A stretch of DNA of 64,000 nucleotides from Gekko japonicus. Its lineage: Eukaryota. The stretch spans positions 2,081,204-2,145,203 of the forward strand of contig NW_015174273.1 of the NCBI RefSeq assembly GCF_001447785.1. The letters are read 5' to 3'. The position numbers and the translations under genes were made by a program. Every line of letters begins with the position of its first letter. The stretch's first letter is position 1. A model generated the notes under the pieces. The model was not told the DNA's origin and did not search any database. It worked only from the letters and a program-made list of their open reading frames with translations. Shown here in pieces: positions 25,130-37,533 of the stretch.

Positions 25130-26677
25130 AGTTTCTATAGTGACTTTTATATAACAAAATATTCACATTAGCGCCTTTAGAACGGAAATCAGCCTGCCTT
25201 CCCCTCCCCCCCCCCGGTAATACTTTAATAATATATTTTTTTCTGGCCACCATATCCTTGACTTTCATGCATGAATTCTATAAACCCTCACCTAAATTGT
25301 CATCAGTTAAATTTGTCCATTTTATACCTAAAACTGAGAACCTAAATCAGAACAGAAATATTACTGGGTAGTAAACAAAATTACTTCTACACAGCCATAT
25401 GTGATAAACAACACAGACGTAATAGAAAATGCGCTGTGGAAGCCCCAGTGTGTTGACTCCTAGTCATGTGCTTTGACATTATGTATAGGATTTGGTAAAT
25501 CTTTGTGTTGGGACCAGATTCATACAATGCATTCCCCTGGGGACCATTGTATACCTGATCTACCACATGATCACATCTCAGAGTCCAACCTGGTTTGATG
25601 GTTTTAGCTGCTTCCTCAAGGTCTCCAGGGAAAGGAATTAAGAGGCAGGATGAAGAGCCAAAAGTAAAGGTGCAAGCATATTCAACAATGGCCTCACAGC
25701 TTTCTCTCATCTTTCCAGTCTCAGAAATATTTATTTTATTATTTATTTAAGGCATTTTTTACCCCGCCCTCCCCGCAAGCCATAAGAGTCTTATGGCATC
25801 TTAAAGGATAACAAAATTTTATACCGGCATAAGCTTTCATGGACCACAGACCACTTCTTTAAACTGAGTATTACTTGCATTTTATGTAAGGGAGAAGTTA
25901 AGGATGTGGACACCAAGAGAGGTATGATAAAATATATTTTGAAATCATATGGGGGAAAGGGCACTGGAGACCAGCAAAAGAAGACGGTTGAGATTGCATC
26001 TAAAGAGAAACCACCAGATGCTAACAGGCTCTGTCCCCTGCTTTAATGGTGCCATCCCCGAGCTTCCAGACTCCGCCCCCAAGTCCTGAGCCCGAGGAAT
26101 CTGGCAACCTGCCAAAGACAAGCCTAATCAGAGCATCCAGACATATTCATGATTACAGGTATTCATAATGAGTAATGCTTTGGGAAGATCTTTGGAATGT
26201 TTCTTTTCCCTAATTCCTGAAAGGCAGGTATCTACGTGTCCTTTTCATAGATCCCCAGGTAACACAAACAGAACAGAAAAGACAGATCTGTTGCAAGACA
26301 ACACACCAATTAAACAATTCACTTTTCAATCCTAAACTTCCTGAGTGCTCCTGGCCAAAATGGAGCCTCTAAATTTACTCCTTTTATTATTATTATTTAT
26401 TAGATTTTTATCCCACCCTCCCAGCCAATGTGTATTTCTGCATCTGGCCTTCTGAACACTTCTACACAGGCCTGTTCAATTACAATTTAGATGCTTTTAA
26501 AGTAAAAATATGTGTTATCTGTGATAGAAGATTATGTGGGAATGCCCATCGACTAATGATGAGTTGTATATCTGTGAAACAGCCTCATTCTTGTACTGAA
26601 AAGTTGCTCCATAACCCTGATACAAACCCAAGCAATCCATCAGAACTTCACTAATATACCAGATAAAGCATGAAAAC

Positions 26678-26699
26678 TGTGTGTGTGTGTGTGTGTGTG
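26678..26699 (+). repeat. (TG)n microsatellite
   Basis: About 11 TG units. Confidence 0.9.
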
Positions 26700-27000
26700 A
26701 CATGTCCTTTAAGCTTATTCTATTTCCCACTATTTCCCATTTCATTCATTACAATCAAGTTGTAGCTTTGCAAGGAAGTTCAAGGAAATTAGTCACCCAA
26801 GCCCCAATTTTACCAGCTTACCTATTCCTCACCAGTCTCTGACAAATCTGACAAACTGAAGAACAAAGCTTTCAGAAGCTTCTTTGTCTCCTTCTCGAAT
26901 TTTTCCCCCTTATAGCAGAAAACCAGGCAAATAGTTAAATGAGAATACAAGCTTCGTTCCATCAAGTTTCAGATGACAGCACTGTATGCCCTTTTTTACT

Positions 27001-28502
27001 AGTTAAATGGGCCTTAGAAAGCATTGCTAACAACAAAGCTAGTGGAGGTGATGGTATTCCAGCTGAGCTATTCAAAGTCTTAGAAGATGATGCTGTTAAA
27101 GTGCTGCACTCCATTTGCCAGCAAATTTGGAAAACGCAACAGTGGCCACAGGATTGGAAAAGATCAGTATACATTCCAATCCCAAAGAAGGGCAACGCCA
27201 AGGAATGTTCAAACTATCGCACAATTGCACTCATATCACACGCTAGCAAGGTCATGCTCAAGATCCTACAAGCTAGGCTTCAACAGTACGTGGATAGAGA
27301 ACTACCAGAAGTACAAGCTGGGTTTCGAAGAGGTAGAGGAACTAGAGATCAAATTGCCAACATTCGCTGGATTATGGAGAAAGCAAGAGAGTACCAGAAA
27401 AATATCTACTTCTGCTTCATTGACTATGCTAAAGCTTTTGACTGTGTGGATCACAACAAACTATGGCAGGTCCTTAAAGAGATGGGAGTACCAGACCACC
27501 TCACATGTCTCTTGAGAAACCTGTATAAGGGCCAAGAAGCGACAGTTAGAACCGGATATGGAACAACTGATTGGTTCAGCATAGGAAAAGGAGTACGACA
27601 AGGATGTATATTGTCGCCTTGCTTATTTAATATATATGCAGAGTACATCATGCGAAATGCTGGCCTGGATGAATCACAAGCGGGAATTAAGATTGCTGGG
27701 GAAAAGATCAACAACCTCAGATATGCAGATGATACCACTCTAATGGCTGAAAGTGAAAAGGATCTAAAGAGCCTCTTGCTCAGAGTAAAAGAGGAGAGCG
27801 CAAAAGTGGGCTTGAAGCTCAACATCAAAAAAACTAAGATCATGGCATCCGGCCCCATCACTCCTTGGCAAATAGAAGGGGAAGTCGTGGAAGTAGTGAC
27901 AGACTTCACGTTCCTGGGATCCCAGATCACTGCAGACTGTGACTGCAGCCATGAAATTAAAAGACGCCTGCTCCTTGGGAGGAAAGCGATGGCGAACCTA
28001 AACAGCATGATAAAAAGTAGAGACATCACCCTGCCAACAAAAGTCCGCATGGTCAAAGCAATGGTATTCCCAGTAGTCATGTATGGCTGTGAGAGTTGGA
28101 CTATAAGGAAGGCCGAGCGCCGAAGAATAGATTCTTTTGAACTATGGTGCTGGAGAAGACTCTTGAGAGTCCCTTGGACTGCAAGAAGAACAAATCAGTC
28201 AATCCTCAAAGAAATCAACCCTGACTGTTCCCTGGAAGGCCAGATAATGAAACTGAAGCTCAAATACTTTGGCCACCAAATGAGAAGGGAGCACTCACTG
28301 GAAAAGACCCTGATGCTGGGAAAGATTGAAGGTCAAAGAAGACGGGGACGGCAAAGGATGAGATGGTTAGACAGTGTCAGCGATGCAACGAACATGAAAT
28401 TGAGCCAACTTCGGAGGACGGCGGAAGACAGGAGAGCCTGGCGGGAGATTGTCCATGGGGTCGCGAAGAGTCGGACTCGACTGTGCGACTGAACAACAAC
28501 AA
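27001..28502 (+). mobile_element. BovB (RTE) LINE, 5'-truncated, uninterrupted RT ORF
   Basis: The 517-aa ORF 26939-28492 contains the full RT (NYRTIAL, QAGFR, FIDYAKAFD, GVRQGCILSP, LRYADD) through to the natural stop and (CAA)n tail. Confidence 0.97.
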
Positions 28503-29109
28503 ACCACATATGATAGTCACCTAACAAGCACACACTCACCCAGAGAATAAATCACGTCCTGTGACTCTGTCCTTGAGAGGAGATAAAATTGTCATATCTT
28601 CCAGGACGAAAACAATGTATGTCTTATTTCCCATGAAAGGTTGCTAGACAGAAGCAGAGTCAATACTATGATTGCTGTGTGCACCACTAAATAATATTGA
28701 AAAAAATAGTGAACTTGAATGTATAATCTGCACACAATTGGCTTGGTGGAAAAACCTCTAACACCAGGAAAATATTCAAACCAGATTAAAAAGGAGAACT
28801 GATAGCAGAGTAAAATGATACAGTATATTAACTCACAGACACTTCATGTGGAAGGGAAGGGCCAATATCCTGACAAATCAACACAAATAATGGCATGGGG
28901 GGGGGAGATACACAACATCTCAGTGTGACAGGTCAAGACCCAAAGTGTGATGCATTTACAATTTCTAAATTTGGTCAGCAAGAACACTGGGATTCTAGCT
29001 GCAAAATAAATACAATGTCAATTTAACTTCCTTCTGTTGCCGGAAAGATGAGTGATGGTGTGATTAGTCTGTGTAACACTGTTGTCTATTTTGTCTACAG
29101 CTAAATAGC

Positions 29110-29260
29110 TGACAAAGTTATAGGTAACTATGTTGGTCTGTAGAAAAATTCCAAAAATGAGCCATGTAATAACTTTTTGTTAGGACCAATCAAAACCCCA
29201 CAAAATAGCAAGCTTTCAAGTTCCCAAAGACTCTTCACCAGGATAGCTATTTAGTATAAA
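29110..29260 (-). mobile_element. Penelope-derived terminal fragment
   Basis: taggtaactatgttggtctg...ttaggaccaa...aagctttcaagttcccaaagactcttcaccagg has the same layout as the left arm of 24921. Confidence 0.45.
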
Positions 29261-29744
29261 AATGAAAAGGACAGTGAAGGGAAAGGGGAGAAAAGATGTT
29301 TCAGGGCATAATGGATAGACCCCCTAGTCTGCAGTTCATAATTTAGAATGCCAGGTATATTGCAGATATAATTAGATTCGGTGCAAAATGGGCTTTTTGT
29401 CCCAAACATGTAGTGTGAACAATGCTGGAGAGCTCAAAAAACCTTCCATTCTATGGTCATCTGCTTCATCCTAGTAACAAGTAAAGTACCTGGAAACTGA
29501 ATTTTGGTGTAATGGAATCATATTTCCTGGGGATTTCTACATTGCGGGATGTTCAAGGATGTGAACTTGCAATTTTTGGTACTGATATCAGGAGTTTGTC
29601 CCTTGTATAATATGTCAGTAAGATTTACCCTTGGGTTGCCACCACCAATGCAAACCAGTTGTAATCAACAGGTCTGAGGAGATAAGGTGGCAGATAAATA
29701 TTTAAAATAAATAAAATTGTCAGTGATGTAGAAGTTACACAACA

Positions 29745-30800
29745 ACCTCATCTCCTCCATCTGCAATATCCTTTCAAGAGGCCAGTTAAATCTGTGATCT
29801 GGGCACAGTGATGCTCTGATTACGTGCATCTTAGATTACTGTAAGGTGCTGTACCAGGGGCTGCTTTTGAAAATGGTACGGAAACTTCAGTTGGTCCAAA
29901 ATACAGTACCTTGGCTATTGTCAGGGGCGGGATACAAGGATCACATCATCCCCTTGCTGAAATTTGTGCGCTGGCTGTTCATTTGATTCCAGTCAATTTC
30001 AAAGGGCTGGTTCTTCTTACTCTTAAAACTTAAATGGCCAGGGGGACCACAGTACATGAAGGACCGCCTCCTCCTACCAGTTAAGTTCCGCCTTACAAGC
30101 CCTGCTCTGTTTCCTAGCCTTCAGAAGTGAGGCAAGTGTCAACCACAGAGAGGGCTCTCCTTCAGTAGTGACATCTATCCTATGGAATGCCCTTCTTCTC
30201 GAGCTCGCCTGACACATATTCAGGGCTCTTTTTGTAGAAAAAGCCCAGCAGGAACTCATTAGCATAATAGGCCACACCCAACAGCAGAAACCTATTAGCA
30301 TATTAGGCCACAACCCTGCCAGCACAGCTCATTAGCACATTAGGCCGCACCCCCATGTTACCAGAAGTGTGGTCATCCAGCCACACCCACCTTTTGCTTC
30401 TTATTCTGTTTACCTTGTTTGTTGTCAAAACCCAGGGCTTTTTTTGTAGAAGGAACTCCTTTGCATGCTAGGCCACACACCACTAATGTAGCCAATCCTA
30501 ATGAGTTTCTGCTGTTGGGTGTGGCCTATTATGCTAATGAGTTCCTGCTGGGCGTGGCCAGCCTGGAAGCCAGCTGGAACTCCGTTCCTGTGCGTTCCTG
30601 CCCAAAAATAGCCCTGCATATATTACTCTCTTTTAGGAGCTAAGCCGAAACATTACCCAGGCTTTTAATTAAGAGGCTGTTCTTTTAACATGATGAGTTT
30701 TAATTAACAGCTTTCTACGTTCTATGTTTTTACTATGTTTTATTTTGCAAGCCCCCTTGGACAGGTTCCCTGGAGTAGTGACATAAACATTTTCGAAATA
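29745..30800 (+). mobile_element. L2 LINE 3' fragment, interrupted by a hAT MITE
   Basis: ttagattactgtaaggtgctgtaccaggggctgc...aaacttcagttggtccaaaat corresponds to the L2 ORF2 LDYCN..Y.GLP..KLQLVQN motif. The sequence resumes after 30624. Confidence 0.75.
30221..30616. mobile_element. hAT-type MITE (CAGGGCT...AGCCCTG TIR), compound
   Basis: TIR cagggctcttttt / aaaaatagccctg with 8-bp TSD cacatatt / catatatt. A second internal left TIR sits at 30433. Confidence 0.8.
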
Positions 30801-31006
30801 AGTAATACATTTTCTAAAAATCAAATCCCATCCCAATATAACACACAGGCTTCAAAACAGCAGAAACCTGAAAGCTGAACTTTTGAATGCGTGAGGGAAG
30901 GATAGAAAACATTCAAATATCCTCTCTGCCTTCTTATTACCTGTCTACATACATTTTGGTTGGACTCGCAAACTTGCTCTCACCTGAATAACTGATCCAA
31001 ACTTGT

Positions 31007-31284
31007 AAGATGAAGAAGATAAGAGACTGGATTTATAACCCACCCTTCACTTGGGAGTCTCAGAGCATCTTACAATTTCATTTCCCTTTCCGTCCCGACA
31101 ACAGACACCCTGTGAGGTAGGTGGGGCTGAGAGAGGTCTGAGAGAACTGCTCTTGAGAGAATAGCTCTGAGAGAACTGGGACTGACCCAAGGTCACCCAG
31201 CAGCTCCATGTGGAGGAGTGCGGAATCAAACCCGGTTCTCCCAGTTTAGAGTCCACACTCTTAACCACTATACCAAACTGGCTC
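31007..31284 (-). mobile_element. Squam3-like SINE, (CTT)n tail
   Basis: Head gagccagtttggtatagtggttaagagtgtggactctaaactgggagaaccgggtttgattcc on the minus strand. Confidence 0.85.
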
Positions 31285-32482
31285 TGACAACTCTAAAATG
31301 TTCTGACAACTATGTGGGGTAAGGTGGCAAGTGACATTCTGACTTATTGAGACTATTTTAATAATCTTCCTTCATCATCACAAATGATTTCTAGTGTTGA
31401 ATTGTAGCTAGACCAATAGAAATTCTAATAATGTGTTTCACGAATTAGGAAGGCTCACTTTGGCCAGGTCTGAGAACAAACTCTGTTCCAAAACTTCCAC
31501 AGCAAAAAAACAAGGGAGGGGGCAAGCAGGCAGGGAGAAAAAGAATCTTGAAAAGAAGAAACATACAAGTATTTATATATGTATATATTCATTGAAGAGA
31601 AACTGACATCTTCCAAATATCCATAATCCATAAATCACAATGACTCCAAGGCCACAACTTACTTCCTGACAATCTAAATGAGCTTGGTGTGCCTGCTTAT
31701 CATGCATTTTTAACAGACTGAGGAGGCAACACAATTATGAACTAGCAAGCTATGCTTAAGTATGAAATACGGCGAAAAAAAATTATAAAAGTGAGAAAGA
31801 TGGGATGTTCTTGTCATGAAAAATACAATAATTTCCCCTGCTTTGCATAGATGACAATCTCATGAGCATCAGAACTATGAATTATGAAATAAAAAAACAA
31901 CCTGTCATCTGTCCCACAGTTCCTAACATTTTAAAAATGAAAGGCACAGGGGGTGCAATGATTCTCATCTGCATCTAGTTAGGGAAGCCACGTGAAACCA
32001 GCGACTTGCTTCATAGCATACTAAAAGCATGAAAGTGTGAGATACGTTTTGGGTAATTTGCTCCAAAGGGACATGTACGGAGTGAACTAAAAAGCTGCAA
32101 CAGTGTAAAACAACTGCTGGGAAGGTGGGTGGCAGGCAGGAGGTCAAACAGTTCATTTCAACTAATCTGGTGACAACTTCTCTATGAGAATTGGGATTCC
32201 GAGGTCAAGTCCCCAGCCTACTAATCTAATGTAGCTCTCAGACAGATGACAGTGACAGAGTTATAAAACAAAAAAAAATCCACATTAAAAAACTATTTTC
32301 TGCCCTTTTACAATCAGTAAATTCAAACGATGGTGTGACGATCTTCCCCAAATCCTGCATGGGCTTCCCATCCCTTTTCATATTATTTTTCTAAACACAA
32401 TTTTATCCCCCCCCCTTTTCCTGTTTTTAAAGGTAGTTTTATCAATTCAGTAACAATGAACAGAAGACACTATCAATACAAT

Positions 32483-32877
32483 GGCCCTGTTCATACGAGG
32501 CGCTTTGGGCCGGGAGGGGGACGGAACGGGGGCGGAGCAAACGGGCGTGATCCCACGGCAACATCTGGGAATCGTTGCCTGCCCGTCCCTGATCCGTCCC
32601 TACCGCCGAAAACACGCACTAAAAAAGAACCACCTACCTAGATGGTTGTATCCATTAGAGCGCCGCAAGCCAGGCCGTGGGATCGGCCGGCGCGTCTTTG
32701 CGCCGGTGCACCCCGCCCCCCTGCCATACTGCGCAGTTCGGCAGCCTCCCCTTCCCATCCGACTCTTCCTCCCCGGCATCAGGGGAGCCGTGGGATCCCG
32801 CCACGGCGTTCCAACTTTGGTGCGGCTCACATTAGCCGCAGATCAGCCGTCCTTTTCCCTGCCGTATGGCAGGGGCC
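32483..32877. mobile_element. CpG-rich MITE with GGCCC termini (PIF/Harbinger-like)
   Basis: Imperfect TIR ggccctgttcatacg / cgtatggcaggggcc and internal inverted motifs gatcccacggc / gccgtgggatc. TSD unresolved. Confidence 0.65.
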
Positions 32878-33189
32878 ATAGTTATTTAATTTAGAGATTC
32901 AAAACATTTTATGCCACTTTCCCACCCATTTTAGGGCCCCCAAGGGTGGTGAAAATTAAAAAACATTAAATCCAGCTTTTAAAATGCCTGTGGAGAGACT
33001 GTTGCCAGGGCAGAGCTTTGACCACCTGCTCTGTTACCCTTTTCTCCCCTGTGGATTCGTTTGTTGCTGACTGACAGATTTATTGTATTTTATGGTTTGT
33101 TGTCATTGTTTTCTCACAGTGAAAACAGCTTTGAGTCTGCACTCAGTGAAGAAAAGCAGGGTAAACACATCCAGACAGATAAGAATAAA

Positions 33190-33500
33190 CAAACACACAC
33201 TCAGGAAGGTGGAAAGTATAGGGGGTCAAAATGAATATCCCTGGGAAGGGAATTCTACAATGTGGGTGCCATGACTGATAAGGCCCTTTCTTGGGTTGCC
33301 ACACATCTAACCACAGATGGTGAAAGCACCCAACACAGGGACACTGAAGAAGACTGTGGTGGTCAGGTAGGTTCATAGTGCAGTAGGCAGCCCTTAAGGT
33401 ATACTACTCTAAAATCATACAGAGGCTTAAAGATCAAAGTTAGAACCTTGAATTGGGCCCAGAAACAAATTGGGAGCTGGCATAGGTGAATGGGTGAACT
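33190..33500 (-). mobile_element. Old L2 fragment
   Basis: ggcttaaagatcaaagttagaaccttgaattgggccccagaaacaaattgggagc is the antisense of the L2 HWLP..FR..FKVL...FK region. Confidence 0.6.
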
Positions 33501-33569
33501 CCTTTCTGTGAGCAACAAACCTTAGGGTGGCTGCAAGTGGTGAATTAGAGAAAACTATATCACTGGTGG

Positions 33570-33847
33570 GAAGAAGAAGAAGAAGAGATTGGATTTATAC
33601 ACTGCCCTTCACTACCCAAAGGAGTCTCAGAGCGGCTTACAAACTCCTTTTCCTTCCCCTCCCCACAACAGACACCCTGTGAGGTAGGTGGGGCTGAGAG
33701 AGCTCTCTCGAGAACTGCCCTTTCAAGGACAGCTCTTGTCAGAACTATGGATTGCCCAAGGTCATCCAGCAGGTGCAAGTGGAGGAGTGGGGAATCAAAC
33801 CCGGTTTTCCCAGATTAGAGTCCACACACTTAACCACTACACTAAAC
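33570..33847 (-). mobile_element. Squam3-like SINE, (CTT)n tail
   Basis: Same family as 31007, 47338 and 54010. Confidence 0.87.
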
Positions 33848-34349
33848 AATACTTGTAAATTTTAAAAAGACAAAACAGCATGTACTTCACTTTAAGAAAA
33901 AAGGCCAGAGGCACTGAAAACTGTTGAGAAACTGATTTTAGCATACCCAAAGAACTGTGAATGCTATGCCATGGATGTGGTTGTCCATTCATATATTCAA
34001 AAAGAATTGAACTCTCTCTTACATAGGTCACTGGAGCAGTTCAGTTCCACTGTTGCTCTCTATATCGTCACTTGCGTTACTTGTTAGTTCTATATCAGAC
34101 TCGTGATAATAGTATCTCTTCTTCCACAATGTGAGATGAAGCATACAAGTGAGAATTTTAGTTCTGGTTTTGGTCTGACGTGCACAGCCCATCAGGGGAA
34201 TTCATAGACTGATTATTTTATTTGGATTATCACATAGATTTGTGGTTTTATTCTCTCCTTTCCCCCAGTTTATAGATCAATAAAACTATCTCATACAATT
34301 ATTATGGATAATCACGTGGAAAACATTAATTACAACTTTAATAACAGGT

Positions 34350-34640
34350 TCCTAGCTTGAAGGGTGCTGCTAGAGGCAGGCCTCCTGTTAACCAGGCGAT
34401 GAAAGTGACCTGGAACATGTTTCAGCAGCTTAGTCTGATGAGCCCGCTGAATCACTTCCTGGGCAAAAAAGATCTTGCCGCTATGGCGTATGCCCTGATA
34501 TTGTCTAGATTAGACTACTGCAATGCATTCTACATGGGGCTGCCCTTGGAGAGTGTCTGGAAGCTACAATTGATACAGAATGCTGCCAGAATGTAAACTG
34601 CCTTGAGCCTGCCCTGCAGGAAGGGCGGAATATAAATCGA
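34350..34640 (+). mobile_element. L2 fragment joined to an L2-type 3' stub
   Basis: ORF 34357-34596 contains ALILSRLDYCNAFYMGLPLESVWKLQLIQNAA, followed by tgtaaactgccttgagcc...gggcggaatataaat. Confidence 0.8.
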
Positions 34641-34643
34641 ACA

Positions 34644-34644
34644 A

Positions 34645-34704
<60 letters not shown>

Positions 34705-34707
34705 AAA
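34644..34707 (+). repeat. (GAAA)n microsatellite
   Basis: About 15 perfect units forming the tail of the preceding L2 stub. Confidence 0.95.
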
Positions 34708-34869
34708 CTGGAGTGAGTTGTAGAGAGCACATCACTCCACTCTTTCTCTTTTCCAGTTACTTACTCTTTCAATAGCACCTTCGCTGAATACTCATATGGT
34801 TCCACCTCTCTCTGCCTTTTCATCTCCCTCCTCAAAACCTACCTTTTGTATCTCTCTACTACATTATTA

Positions 34870-35085
34870 TTGCAACCTTCCTCCAAGGATCTCAGATTAA
34901 TATACATGGTTCTCTCATCTTCATTTTTATCTTCCCAAGAACCCTGTGGGGTCACTTACCTAAGACAGAATGACTGGTCTAAGATCACCCACGAGCCATA
35001 ATCTACATGGCAAAATGGGGATTTGAATGCAGGTCTCCCACCCAGATCACAATCCAATACTCTAACCACTACTTCCACAATGGCT
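34870..35085 (-). mobile_element. Old Squam3/MIR-like SINE
   Basis: accctgtgggg...gaatgactggtctaagatcaccc...ggggatttgaa...ctctaaccactac. Confidence 0.6.
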
Positions 35086-35946
35086 GTGTTATTTAACCTC
35101 ACCCCTCGACTTCTTTAACAGCTGCATAGTAATCTTCCCCTTGCTTCTCCCATCTACTGGTATCCTGTCGACTGCAATCTCCTTGGCGAAGAGCGCTCTC
35201 TCTCACCCTCCCCACTCACTCTCTTTTCTTTGCTACAGAGCGCCATGAACATTGATCACGCCATATAAATAATAAATAATAATAAAACATTAATAGCATG
35301 TGTACTATATTCTTTATGCTAAGAAAACCCCTAGAAATGCAATTCCATCCCACATAATATAAGTATATAGAGGCTAAAATTCTTGAACCTCTTCTGCCAG
35401 TCTGCCCTGTCTCAGCTGACAGTCACACAGATTTATTCTTTATGCACAGAAAATATGCAGGTAGTGAACAGCCGTTAATACCCCTTCCCTTTTACTAGCT
35501 ACGTTCACCCATTATATATTCTCCCCCTTATTCCTTTATGATTGCAGAGTCAGCTTCTTCCAGCTCCAATATTGTTCACACTTCTCATTGCCCTTTTACC
35601 ACTTTGACCTCCACTGGAAAAACCACAGAACTGACTGTGTTATTAATTGTTTTATCTCAAAAGGATAATGCATGTAAGACTTTCCTGTGAAACTCAATAA
35701 CCCAGATCAAGACTGTTATACCAGTGTAAGTCATTTATCTGGTCTGCAGAACAGCAAAGGAAGAGCTGTAAAGTGACAGCGCGCACTGCTCCTACTGCCA
35801 AAATTTTCACACAGAACCCCCCCCCAATTTTGCTTTTTTTAAACTCTTTTTTTTTGACCCACTCAGCAGTTTAAGTAGATATCATATTTCACAAACAGGT
35901 GCTATGTTCAACTAGTATCCTATGCCTCTCAAAAAAGCCTCTCTAT

Positions 35947-36190
35947 ATTGCCCTGACTTGGATAGCCCAGGCAAGCCCGATCTCGTCAGATCTTGGAAGT
36001 TAAGCAGGGTCGACTCTGGCAAGTACTTGGATGGGAGACCTCCTTGAAATACCAGAGGTGGGAGGCAGGGGCAGGCTTTATTCAGCCACCTCTCTGAATA
36101 TCCTCCAGGCCCCCACTAGGGGTCCCTCACCAGAGGTTGCCATGTTCCAGGTGCACACACACTCACATATTTAAAAAATACAAAAGGGGC
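35947..36190 (+). mobile_element. 5S rRNA-derived SINE (SINE3 / 5S-Sauria-like)
   Basis: gcccgatctcgtcagatcttggaagttaagcagggtcgactctggcaagtacttggatgggagacc matches the internal 5S rRNA sequence (A box, IE, C box). It has a non-5S 5' end and 3' body and a putative TSD gcctctctat / gcctctgtat (35937 / 36191). Confidence 0.8.
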
Positions 36191-36750
36191 GCCTCTGTAT
36201 CCCTATGATCCGAGACACCAAATTCAGCTAGAAAATACAGAACCATACTCATGAAAGGAGAACACCTGCTTAATTGGTTAGCACTTCAGTTAAGTGAGCA
36301 AAGGAACAGGAAGTTTTAACAGGATGAAAATTCCCATACTTTCTCTCTGCGTCATTATTTTCTTCTAAAAAAAACCGTGTTGTCCACCCTCAGCCTTTGT
36401 GACAGAGTAGACAGCACCTCAACAAATAAGAGAAGGACCAAGTAGGAATCTGTGCTGCTTCACAGATGACCTTTTAAAGCAGATATAATTCTGAGCCTTC
36501 TTGTGGTGGCATGACTAAAGGTATCTGATTATTGCCTTAAGTTGTATGAAGCCTCCAATTTAGGTGCAAGCCAATATATTTTAATTGCTATAGCAATCAA
36601 TCTGTATGCATGGTTGTCTGGGAAATATATGAATTAGGAAGCTGGAAACTTCATTTAGATCAATGATTTAAATTGGTTTGTCTTTTTGATTATTTTAAAC
36701 ATCTTGATTTAAAATCAATTCAACCTGATGCCCAATGTTACACATACAAA

Positions 36751-36949
36751 GTCTCTAAGCTGAGTTAGTGTGAGTTAGCTCACAGTTTTCCAGCCTCTGG
36801 CTCACACATTTTTGTTTTAGCTCAGGAAGGAGGGCTCCAGAGCAAACTAACTTATGCAGTAGCCAAATCACTTGCTCACAGCTTTAATGCCAGTAGCTCA
36901 CAAAGTAGAATTTTTGCTCACAAGACTCCACAGCTTAGAGGGAGGACTG
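36751..36949. mobile_element. hAT-type MITE (CTCTAAGCTG...CAGCTTAGAG)
   Basis: ctctaagctg / cagcttagag inverted termini with repeated GCTCAC motifs. Confidence 0.6.
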
Positions 36950-37286
36950 CTCACAACGCTATGAAACATAAAAGATGGGAATTGGCAGGTAGGCAGATAG
37001 ATACATAGGTAACACACATACATATCAATTTATTTCACAAAGAGGAATACAAGTTGTTTTTCTACATCACATGATTTCCGAGTCTGAAGCATTCTTATGT
37101 AAAGGGGTTCTCAGATAGCTTTATTTACTTCACAGGACTGCAGATCAGATTTCCCAACAGCAACTAGAACACATTCCAATCATGAACTCTAGATGCCAAT
37201 TCTTTTTACAGGTGCTCGGTGCTCCAAAATTAAACAACTGAATGCTTAGAAAGTTATTTCATTCTCAGAGTTTCATGGGGTTGGAT

Positions 37287-37533
37287 TAGGGATGCATACC
37301 TCCAGGTGAGACCTGGGGATCCCCTGGAATAACAGCTCTATTCCAGACTACAGAGATCACTTCATCTGGAGAAAACTGATGCTTTGGAGGATGCACTGTA
37401 TGGCACTGTACCCCACTGAAGCCCCTGTCCTCTGCAGGCTCCATCCACAAATCTCCAGGAGTTTCCCAACTTGGATCTGGCAACTCTACATCCCTCATCT
37501 CCTGCCGGTAGCCAGGGGGACCTGGCAACCCTA
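37287..37533. mobile_element. hAT-type MITE (TAGGGTTGCCA family)
   Basis: tagggatgca...tggcaacccta with an 8-bp TSD-like pair ggttggat / aattggat. Confidence 0.75.

Noticed and set aside
34436-34470. Hammerhead-like ctgatga-gccc...gggc-aaaa
   Set aside because: Lacks GAAA and falls within L2 ORF2-derived sequence; probably chance.
35965-36055. 5S rRNA gene
   Set aside because: Both 5S termini are missing, there are several substitutions, and it is embedded in a SINE-like unit.
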